Origin: Candidatus Hadarchaeales archaeon
GTDB taxonomy: Archaea; Hadarchaeota; Hadarchaeia; Hadarchaeales; Hadarchaeaceae
DNA length: 32,000 nt
Direction: 5' to 3'
NCBI GenBank assembly: GCA_038823825.1
Contig: JAWBCC010000002.1
Coordinates: 1-32,000 of the forward strand
Part shown: piece after piece, positions 25,041 to 32,000 of the stretch
Layout of the letters: each line of letters starts with the position of its first letter
Numbering within the stretch: the stretch's first letter is position 1
Notes under the pieces: generated by a model
The model's input: only the letters and a program-made list of their open reading frames with translations
Database searches by the model: none
What the model was told of the DNA's origin: nothing
Program-made: the position numbers and the translations under genes

Positions 25041-25598
25041 ATGGACGTTGATGAGGCTATCAGGATTCTCCGCAGCGTGGGGTGTCCAGAAGACGTTATC
25101 GAACATTGTCTGACGGTTCGAAATGTCGCTCTCGAGCTTGCAGACAAAATCGAAAAAAACGGATATTCAATCGACAAAAAGCTTGTGGAGCTGGGAGCGC
25201 TCTTTCACGACATAGGAAGAGCAATAACGCATGGGATTTCGCATGGAGTCGTGGGAGGAAGAATCTTGCGAGATCTCGACCTCGATAGACTGGCACCATT
25301 TGCGGAAAATCACATAGGCGGTGGAATACCCGCAGAGGAAGCCGCAAATCTGGGGCTCCCACCGAAAGACTACTTCCCAAATACGATCGAGGAAAAAATC
25401 GTTGCGTACGCCGATAAGCTCGTGGAGGGTGGAAGAGTTGTTAATTTCGAAAGGTCTCTCGAAGAATTCAAAAAGGAACTCGGGAAAGATCACCCGGCGA
25501 TTGAGAGACTCCTCAAACTTCATCGGGAGATGAAAAATCTAATCGGAAAATCATATCCTGAACCTGCGTCTGACGAAGCTCTTCGGGAAAGTCCATAG
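25041..25598 (+). CDS. HD-domain phosphohydrolase (archaeal HDIG-type)
   Basis: HCLTVRNVALELA, LGALFHDIGRAITHGISHGVVGG, KIVAYADKLV. ATG at 25041 follows ggaggaga at 25028-25035; the track start 25026 is a TTG. Confidence 0.85.
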   Translation: MDVDEAIRILRSVGCPEDVIEHCLTVRNVALELADKIEKNGYSIDKKLVELGALFHDIGRAITHGISHGVVGGRILRDLDLDRLAPFAENHIGGGIPAEEAANLGLPPKDYFPNTIEEKIVAYADKLVEGGRVVNFERSLEEFKKELGKDHPAIERLLKLHREMKNLIGKSYPEPASDEALRESP

Positions 25599-26870
25599 CG
25601 GCCTCTTGGGTTTAACCTTCTTTACCTCGCTCAGATGAGGAAGCAAAAGCAATGAGATCACAAGTCTCAAAATTCCAGAAAGAAGGAAAACGGATAGTAT
25701 CGGCTTAAGACCAAGGGAAAGCTTGGTCGCGAACAGACCACCTAACGTTGCCCCGGCGAAGATTCCCATGCCGTTGAGCGCGTTAAAATATGAAAAACAT
25801 ATGCCCCTCTTCTCCCGGCTGACAACATCGTAAACAAACGTGAATGAGGCAAGGTCAAAAGCCGCCCAAGCAAATCCACCGAACATCTCTATAATAGATA
25901 GATGGATTGGATTCGTGGTGAGTAGCCAAAGAATAGGCACCCACGGAATTAAAAGTCCACCGATTCTCAGAGTCCTGAGACGCCCATATCTGTCAGAAAA
26001 TTTCCCCCACCAGACCATGCTCAGAAACCTGACAGAGGATGAAGAAAGAACTATCCCCACATAAGTGATGTAGCTGAACTTCAGATCTCTGAGCATATAA
26101 ACGGCGAAGAAGGGAGCGGCGATGTTTGTGGCAAAGGCCATCAAAGTCGTGTAAAGCGAAAACCTACCAAATCTATTCGGTCTTTTTCCTCTTCTCCAGA
26201 TTTTCCTGAGAAACTCGAAAAATCCGAAATGGTATTCTTCCTTCTCCTCAAACTTTGGTTCATAGTGTTTGAGCAAAAAATATCTGGAGATAAGACGAGC
26301 GAGCATAGCACCTAGAAAAAGCAGAGAGAATCCAAGAAAGATTACCCCCAATCTTCTGGATAGATCCAAGAAGATTCCAGCAATCATGAATGCTATGAGG
26401 TTCGCAAACCCGATTATTCTGTTTCTCCTTCCAAAGAAACTTCCCATCTCCTCTTCTGAAACAAGATCACCTATCCAAGATGCCCAAGCGGGGCCATTCA
26501 GAGCGCCGAGCGTTAGATATGCGGCATAGAAAAGCATGACGATGAGTGGTAGAAAAGTGCTACTGACGCCCGTCAGAAATACTAGCATGGCTAAGATGGA
26601 CATGGGAAGCCACACCATCGCCTGCATAAAAACAAGCTCCGTTACAAGCTTCTTCCTGCTTCTGCCCTCCATCAGCCTCGGCGTGGCTAGCTGCGACAAA
26701 TTCGCTGCCAAATTTGGAACCGATGTCAGAAGTCCGATTTGTGCTTCGCTGGCTCCAAGAGCTATCGCAAACGGGGAAACATAATATGCTCCTAAGGCCT
26801 CGTTAACAGACCATGCGACGCCGTCCTTTATACTATACTCCAGACTTTTCTTTCTCTTCTCTTCCTCCAA
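25551..26870 (-). CDS. Major facilitator superfamily transporter
   Basis: 439 aa; multiple TM segments, GSFFGRRNRIIGFANL and WWGKFSDRYGRLRTLRIGGL (MFS loop 2-3 type motif). Its 3' end overlaps the HD gene by 48 nt. Confidence 0.8.
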   Translation of the reverse strand: MEEEKRKKSLEYSIKDGVAWSVNEALGAYYVSPFAIALGASEAQIGLLTSVPNLAANLSQLATPRLMEGRSRKKLVTELVFMQAMVWLPMSILAMLVFLTGVSSTFLPLIVMLFYAAYLTLGALNGPAWASWIGDLVSEEEMGSFFGRRNRIIGFANLIAFMIAGIFLDLSRRLGVIFLGFSLLFLGAMLARLISRYFLLKHYEPKFEEKEEYHFGFFEFLRKIWRRGKRPNRFGRFSLYTTLMAFATNIAAPFFAVYMLRDLKFSYITYVGIVLSSSSVRFLSMVWWGKFSDRYGRLRTLRIGGLLIPWVPILWLLTTNPIHLSIIEMFGGFAWAAFDLASFTFVYDVVSREKRGICFSYFNALNGMGIFAGATLGGLFATKLSLGLKPILSVFLLSGILRLVISLLLLPHLSEVKKVKPKRPLWTFPKSFVRRRFRI

Positions 26871-26929
26871 TGTCTCTGCCTCCCTTTTAAGTCTTGAACT
26901 AAAACTTCAGCTTTGAACGACTATAAAGG

Positions 26930-27002
26930 TGGGCCCGCTGGGATTCGAACCCAGGCTCTCCACCTCGTAAGGGTGGCGTCATGCCAACTAGACCACGGGC
27001 CC
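26930..27002 (-). tRNA. tRNA-Val (anticodon UAC)
   Basis: GGGCCCGTGGTCTAGTTGGCATGACGCCACCCTTACGAGGTGGAGAGCCTGGGTTCGAATCCCAGCGGGCCCA: 7-bp acceptor, anticodon stem CCACC/GGTGG with loop CTTACGA, TTCGAAT T-loop; no encoded CCA. Confidence 0.95.
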
Positions 27003-27040
27003 TCAGAAAGAGCTTAACATAACTTAAGAAAAGGATAACG

Positions 27041-27601
27041 CTAAACCCAGACGATTTTGGAGACCAGCAAGAGGGTGAGGACTCCAAGTGCGTCGCCAAT
27101 AGAGGTTATCAGAGGTCCCACGATGTTATCCGGATCTAGTCCCTTCACATATGATATTACGGTAACCATCATCGAAGAAAGCACAATCAGAGGTACGAGA
27201 ATCACACCGGTGAGGATGAAGGTCGCAGAAAATCTGAAGGGATCAGAGAATCCTCTGACAGACCCCAAAAAAATCAGAACAATCGACACGAAAAGAAATG
27301 AGAAGAGCCCTGAAGCAGTTGCCTCTATCAGATTTTCGCTTAGAACTTTTTGTTTTTTCAGTTTTGGCTCTATTAGACCAAGATGGAGAGCAGAACTCAG
27401 CCTGGCTCCAAGAATGCTCCCTATGTTTCCGCCCATATCGTTTATGGGTGGAATCAATGCCAACAGGAAAGGCAGGGCCAATATTTTCTCGACTTCGATC
27501 TGTAAGAACAATCCAGCCAGTACAGAAACAGTAGCACTTATGAGTAGGGCAAAAAGGCTCTCTTTCACAATTCTTTTCGTAGATGCTACCATCTCAACCA
27601 C
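27041..27601 (-). CDS. MgtE/SLC41-like membrane half-transporter, copy A
   Basis: 186 aa; FLLALIPPINDMGGNIGSILGARLSSALHLGLI plus several TM segments. Confidence 0.75.
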   Translation of the reverse strand: MVEMVASTKRIVKESLFALLISATVSVLAGLFLQIEVEKILALPFLLALIPPINDMGGNIGSILGARLSSALHLGLIEPKLKKQKVLSENLIEATASGLFSFLFVSIVLIFLGSVRGFSDPFRFSATFILTGVILVPLIVLSSMMVTVISYVKGLDPDNIVGPLITSIGDALGVLTLLLVSKIVWV

Positions 27602-28155
27602 CCCAAGAGAGATACCGATAGGAATATGCAGAAAATCGCGACGATATCTCCGATTGTCGTCATAACCGGACCTGTGATGTTATCTGGATCCCAGCCCCTC
27701 TTAAAGGATAAAATTGAAACGAGAACAGCTATGGGAGTCAAGATTATTCCCGAGAGAACTCCGGAAAAAAGCGCAATGAAAAGGAAATTAAAAACACTCA
27801 TGGCCTCTACGCCGGCCAGAAATGTGAAGATAAAAGACATTATTCCTACGGCAAGAGATCCAAGGACACTGACGATGATCGCGGAAATAACGTTAATTTT
27901 CATTTCCCTCGAAAGGAAGAATCGCGGTTTTATAGTTCCAAGATGAAGAGCTGTGCCAAGCCTTGAACCCAGCGCACACCCGATGTTTCCTCTGAGGTCT
28001 ATCAAGGGGGGAATCATCACCACAAGTCCGGGAAGAATCTCTATATTTCTCCGCATTTCCTCAAGCATCGACCCTGCAAACAAGTCAAAGATTGCACAAA
28101 CACTGAGCACGAAAATCTGCTGAAATATGATCGATTTTTTGGATCTCGCTATCAT
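27586..28155 (-). CDS. MgtE/SLC41-like membrane half-transporter, copy B
   Basis: 189 aa; VVMIPPLIDLRGNIGCALGSRLGTALHLGTIKP; overlaps copy A by 16 nt. Confidence 0.75.
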   Translation of the reverse strand: MIARSKKSIIFQQIFVLSVCAIFDLFAGSMLEEMRRNIEILPGLVVMIPPLIDLRGNIGCALGSRLGTALHLGTIKPRFFLSREMKINVISAIIVSVLGSLAVGIMSFIFTFLAGVEAMSVFNFLFIALFSGVLSGIILTPIAVLVSILSFKRGWDPDNITGPVMTTIGDIVAIFCIFLSVSLLGWLRW

Positions 28156-28196
28156 CGTATAATTTTCCGAGATGATTCATATATATCTCAAAAAAC

Positions 28197-29351
28197 CTAA
28201 CCAACGACCATCAGAATCTCAAGAAAAACCATTATCAGAATCAAGATAAAAACCAGCAGTTCGAGCGTTATCCCTCGCTGAACGTCAACTCTCTCCATAA
28301 GGGTGTTGTAAATCTCCCGGAGTCGTTCTAGCTTCCTGTCTACGAGAGATAACCAGTCGCTTATCCTGAAGCGTTCGTTTGCCAGTCTGTAAAGCTTTCC
28401 GAGATACCACTCGCCTGTCAGCTTCGTTATATTTCTGGCGCTTTCCACGAGATCTGTCACTTGAACGCTGAAGCTCGAGATCTCTCCAAGAGTCCCTAGG
28501 AGTTTTCGATATCTCCTGCTCGTGATCCAGAAACTCAGCCTGGAGGTTCCCAGAAATCCGCTGAGTGAGGAGACCACCTCCCTCGTCTTCATATCCAGTA
28601 GTCTGTCATACGTCTTGAGGACCAAAAGCTGGACGAGAGCAAGCTCGATTATCCTGACCATATCATCCATATAATCAACAGAGCCGCTGATCAGAGCCGC
28701 ATACCAGTCGACTATCGCTATATCGTCTTCGGAATATGAGAGATACGGTTTGAGCGCATCTTCGACTTCTTTTTCGCTTAACGTCATCCACTCCCTTTCA
28801 CCCCTTAACACCCCTGCTGTCTGCTTTCTGTACTCTTCTAGGAAATCTCTCGCCCCGAGCCTAGGTTCCGTATCGGCAATCAAGATCATGAGATACACGT
28901 GGGGCTCATCCATCGGAGGATAGGAAGGGATTAACGCTGGAGATATTTTTTCCTTCAGTTTTTGGAAGAATTCTCTTGGGATCTCATCGAAGTTCTTTTC
29001 CTCCTTTCCAACCTTCACTCTACCTTCGCTGAGCGAAATGAGTTTTATCAAACGAGAAAAGGTCAGCCTTCTGAACTCAACAATTACGTATATCCCGATT
29101 ACCCCTATCGGAAATATTCTACCTTCCACCCTAGCCTTCTGGCGGCCAACAGTGATATCCCCCAAATCGATGACAATGGACGAAAATTCAAACCAGCCGT
29201 ATCTTGGCGCAATCAAACGCTCCTTTTTGGGAGGTGGGATTTCTACTATCTGGAGTTTTTCCTTCGGAATTCTCTCGCTCTCTATCTTCCCGCCAACATC
29301 GTAGAAATATTGGAAGATCAATCTGCCGGTGAGAAAGGGTTCTTCCACCAT
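28197..29351 (-). CDS. Uncharacterised protein with C-terminal TM, weak resemblance to RMD1/DUF155 family
   Basis: 384 aa; helical C-terminal region with RFRISDWLSLVDRKLERLREIYNTLMERVDVQRGITLELLVFILILIMVFLEIL at the end. Confidence 0.5.
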   Translation of the reverse strand: MVEEPFLTGRLIFQYFYDVGGKIESERIPKEKLQIVEIPPPKKERLIAPRYGWFEFSSIVIDLGDITVGRQKARVEGRIFPIGVIGIYVIVEFRRLTFSRLIKLISLSEGRVKVGKEEKNFDEIPREFFQKLKEKISPALIPSYPPMDEPHVYLMILIADTEPRLGARDFLEEYRKQTAGVLRGEREWMTLSEKEVEDALKPYLSYSEDDIAIVDWYAALISGSVDYMDDMVRIIELALVQLLVLKTYDRLLDMKTREVVSSLSGFLGTSRLSFWITSRRYRKLLGTLGEISSFSVQVTDLVESARNITKLTGEWYLGKLYRLANERFRISDWLSLVDRKLERLREIYNTLMERVDVQRGITLELLVFILILIMVFLEILMVVG

Positions 29352-29391
29352 ACGTAAAACACTCTGCGGAAACTCGCTAAAATATCTGGCT

Positions 29392-29479
29392 GGCGCCGGG
29401 GGTGGGATTTGAACCCACGCAGCGCGTATGCGCTAACGGCTTAGCAAGCCGCCGCCGTACCTGGCTGGGCCACCCCGGC
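29392..29479 (-). tRNA. tRNA-Ser (anticodon GCU), CCA encoded
   Basis: GCCGGGGTGGCCCAGCCAGGTACGGCGGCGGCTTGCTAAGCCGTTAGCGCATACGCGCTGCGTGGGTTCAAATCCCACCCCCGGCGCCA: anticodon loop TTGCTAA, long variable arm, acceptor GCCGGGG/CCCCGGC. Confidence 0.93.
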
Positions 29480-29523
29480 TCCAAAATAGTATCGCAGTCG
29501 AAGGATAAAATAACATGATGAAC

Positions 29524-29839
29524 GGCGGCGAGCGTGTCCGAAGTGGACGCCTTCCCCGACGCCGTTTGCCGTTCCCCCATCTCCACCCCGTTGATCGCCA
29601 GCGCCGGACGTCCTGCCTACCGCTGCTCCCTTCCGGGCCTAACGGGGTTCAGCAGGCAAAGGCGGTTAGCCAACGACCCTCCGGTCGCGACCCCGCCACC
29701 GCCGGCCCAGCGAGACGAGGCTTCAACGTGGAGGAACGGCGCGTACGTGCGGTTCCAGCGCCGCCTCCGGACTTTCGGCCCACCGTAAGCCCCGTTTGTG
29801 GCTACAGGGGAGGGGCAGCCCCCCGCCTAGCTCGCCGCC
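29524..29839 (-). ncRNA. Archaeal SRP (7S) RNA
   Basis: Minus strand has domain IV GTTAGGCCCGGAAGGGAGCAGCGGTAGGCAG and 5' domain CTCCCCTGTAGCCACAAACG. Terminal helix GGCGGCGAG (29831-29839) pairs with CTCGCCGCC (29524-29532). High GC; TATA-like AAGCTTATT just upstream. Confidence 0.93.
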
Positions 29840-29871
29840 AAAAAGGCTTTCTCCCTCAATCGGAATAAGCT

Positions 29872-30840
29872 TTATCCTTGCAGCTCTCGGAGAAGCTCAC
29901 ACTTTTTACACACCTCAGATGGAGAGGGTTCACCACAAATTTTGCAGAACTTCATCTCGAATTCGCCAACTGCCTGCTCGAGATAAGGTCTTATCTTCTC
30001 ATACATCCTGAGAATCATAAACTTTGAATTTGGATGATTTTCTTCAAGTCTATTCAAGAAGTCCTCGACCTCAACGTGAATCCCTTTTCTGTATGGACAT
30101 TTCCCCCAATACACTTTGAATCCTTTCAGAAGAGCATATATTGCTATTTCCTTCTCTGGAATCTCGCGCATCGGCTTTATTCTGGGAACAAATCCTTTCA
30201 TGGGTTTAAGAATGGGCCCAAGCCTGTAAAGTCTGTAAATGTCGCTCCTGATGTAGTTGAGCATTATTGCCTGCACCTCATCGTCCAAGTTGTGCGCGGT
30301 CGCGAGCTTGTCTGCTTCTACCTCTTTAGCCGTTCGATTGAGAAGCGAGCGCCTCAAAACTCCGCAGTATGTGCACGGACCAAGAGACTTTCCTTTTTCG
30401 GATGCCTGCCGCAAAATCTCATCGAGCGTGAGTCCGAACGAGTCCCTGAAACTTACGACAAATAATTCGACATCAAGAGATCTCGCATTCTCTTTCGCGA
30501 CCTCCACGCCAGCTTCTCGATAGCCAGATATCCCTTCATCTACCGTTATCGCGACAACTTCGCACCTTTTTCTTTCCGCAAATCTTTTGATGAGATGAAG
30601 ACACGTGACCGAATCTTTCCCTCCTGAAACAGCGACAGCGATCCTTTCTCCCGGTTCTATCAGCCGATATTCTCTAATCGCCCTAAGGAATCTTTTCTCC
30701 ACGCTCTTGCATAGACATCTATCGCAGAGGAAGTCACCCGTGTACCTTCTGTGGTAAACCGCCATCCTTCCGCAAAAAGAGCAGCGCTTCTCACCCTCCG
30801 CTGACAATCGGATGGATGACAACCTCATCTCCCTCCTCAA
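29872..30840 (-). CDS. ttuA: TtuA/Ncs6-family tRNA 2-thiolation enzyme
   Basis: 322 aa; N-terminal CSFCGR...CDRC, PP-loop AVAVSGGKDSVTCLHL, GPCTYCGVLRR, ATAHNLDDEVQAIMLNYIRSD, C-terminal CKICGEPSPSEVCKKC. Confidence 0.9.
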   Translation of the reverse strand: MRREMRLSSIRLSAEGEKRCSFCGRMAVYHRRYTGDFLCDRCLCKSVEKRFLRAIREYRLIEPGERIAVAVSGGKDSVTCLHLIKRFAERKRCEVVAITVDEGISGYREAGVEVAKENARSLDVELFVVSFRDSFGLTLDEILRQASEKGKSLGPCTYCGVLRRSLLNRTAKEVEADKLATAHNLDDEVQAIMLNYIRSDIYRLYRLGPILKPMKGFVPRIKPMREIPEKEIAIYALLKGFKVYWGKCPYRKGIHVEVEDFLNRLEENHPNSKFMILRMYEKIRPYLEQAVGEFEMKFCKICGEPSPSEVCKKCELLRELQG

Positions 30841-30991
30841 GCGAATTCTCCTCAGGGACTATCCTACCGTTTACAAAGACCACAACCGTCTCCCTGAGGA
30901 TCCCATATCTTTTGAGTAAATCCAAGATTGTCGCTCCTTCTTCGATTTCTTTATCTTCTTTTCTCCCCTGCCATCTAACAGTAACCTTCAC
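30791..30991 (-). CDS. ThiS/MoaD-like ubiquitin-fold sulfur carrier
   Basis: 66 aa; VVVFVNGRIVPEENSLEEGDEVVIHPIVSGG with terminal Gly-Gly. Confidence 0.85.
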   Translation of the reverse strand: MKVTVRWQGRKEDKEIEEGATILDLLKRYGILRETVVVFVNGRIVPEENSLEEGDEVVIHPIVSGG

Positions 30992-32000
30992 GCTCTCACA
31001 ATCATGGGTAGGAGGTTCAGAATAATTAAGAGTAATATGAAGAAGGAAAATGCCTTAACAAAACCTCTCGCAAATCTCTTTGAATATCTGACCTCAAGAA
31101 GCGCTTCGAGCATGTATCCGCCGTCCAAGGGCTTCGCCGGGAGTAGATTGAATAAACCAATACCAAGATTTAGGGCAAAAAGCCACTTCAGGAGATCTAT
31201 AAGAAAAGGTGGAACATAAAAATGATAAAGATATGGATGAAAAACCGGACTGCCGAAAATCGTTGCATACATGAGAATTACCGTGTTTATCGGATGGAGA
31301 TATACTAAATTGGAAGGAGCTTGCGCTGCAATAAAAGGTAAATGACTCTCTCCATTTTCCTGTCTAATTTTGGCATGGAAAGTACCTCTATCGGTTACCA
31401 GTTCAAATTCTGTTCTCCGACTGGCATTCAAATAGTTTTTGAAATTTTTCACATCTTCTATTGAGCTTATTTGAAAGTTGTCCAGTGCAAGGATTTTTGC
31501 CCCGAGAATGTTTTCCTCCGCGAGTGGACTGTTCTCCGCCACTCCCCAGATGTAAACCCCCTGCTTGGGAGTCAAAACAGATAGAAGGATGAGCAAAAAT
31601 AAAAAAGATATCAAGATGTTCGTAACCGGTCCGGCAGCAAACATTCGCATTCTCTTTCCCGGACTGCTTCTAATCACCTGTCTTTCATCTGGCTCAACGA
31701 AGGCTCCCGGGATGAAGAGAAACAAAAGAACTCCCGCCGATTTCGTCCGTAGGCCTTGGGATCTCAAAAGGAATGCGTGGAAAACTTCGTGGAAAATCAA
31801 AACTACACCAACTACGATAAACCAAATGGTAATTGTAAGACCTGGAGCCGTGCCCGGAAGAATGAATCTCACACCCGGGATTGCCTCGCGTGGTCGCAAC
31901 AAAACGAAGATCGAGTTAGACAGCAGACCAGCGAAGACCGAAAACATCAGAAGAAATCCCAAACATGCGGCGATGGTTCCGTAAAAAATCCACCATTTTC
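30988..32000 (-). CDS. M50-family site-2-type intramembrane metalloprotease, N-terminus beyond right edge
   Basis: HEVFHAFLLRSQG (HExxH) and LLPAKPLDGGYML. The frame remains open from the track start at 31962 to the window edge (WWIFYGTIAACLGFLLMFSVFAG), so the gene is probably longer. Confidence 0.85.
   Translation of the reverse strand, partial: KWWIFYGTIAACLGFLLMFSVFAGLLSNSIFVLLRPREAIPGVRFILPGTAPGLTITIWFIVVGVVLIFHEVFHAFLLRSQGLRTKSAGVLLFLFIPGAFVEPDERQVIRSSPGKRMRMFAAGPVTNILISFLFLLILLSVLTPKQGVYIWGVAENSPLAEENILGAKILALDNFQISSIEDVKNFKNYLNASRRTEFELVTDRGTFHAKIRQENGESHLPFIAAQAPSNLVYLHPINTVILMYATIFGSPVFHPYLYHFYVPPFLIDLLKWLFALNLGIGLFNLLPAKPLDGGYMLEALLEVRYSKRFARGFVKAFSFFILLLIILNLLPMIVRA

Noticed and set aside
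26899-27099. Minus-strand 66-aa ORF
   Set aside because: Reads through tRNA-Val; not protein coding.
27057-27946. Plus-strand ORFs of 202, 78 and 106 aa
   Set aside because: Antisense to the paired MgtE-like genes; no recognisable features.
29377-29586. Minus-strand 69-aa ORF
   Set aside because: Overlaps tRNA-Ser and the SRP RNA 3' end.
29515-29868. Plus-strand 117-aa and 84-aa ORFs in the GC-rich block
   Set aside because: They run antisense through the SRP RNA; absence of stops reflects high GC.

Overview
Archaeal chromosomal window (TFE, SRP 7S RNA, TtuA/ubiquitin-like pair, archaeosortase-like protein, AT-rich TATA boxes upstream of genes; GC-rich structural RNAs suggest a thermophile). 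Left to right: a secreted metallophosphoesterase (runs off the left edge), an HhH-GPD/4Fe-4S protein, then a minus-strand surface cluster: small membrane protein, MinD/ParA-like ATPase, two anchored extracellular proteins, and a small secreted beta-rich protein. Divergent from it is a 7.8 kb gene. Its 2587-aa product joins an N-terminal signal/TM, FG-GAP/VCBS-like repeats, many Ig-like repeats and a TM helix to a C-terminal HerA/VirB4-like P-loop ATPase. A coiled-coil gene follows whose paralogue lies 8 kb downstream. Next come a surface polysaccharide block (wecB, HAD, frameshifted ATP-grasp, GT2, archaeosortase-like, PIG-L deacetylase), two tandem GGCT-like genes, a secreted protein with a C-terminal TM, a coiled-coil/TFE/HD-hydrolase run, an MFS transporter, tRNA-Val, paired half-size MgtE-like proteins, a possible RMD1/DUF155-like protein, tRNA-Ser, SRP RNA, TtuA, a ThiS/MoaD-like protein and an M50 protease (runs off the right edge). 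The best candidate for an undescribed system is the divergent locus at about 2.9-16 kb, centred on the extracellular-repeat/HerA-ATPase fusion.
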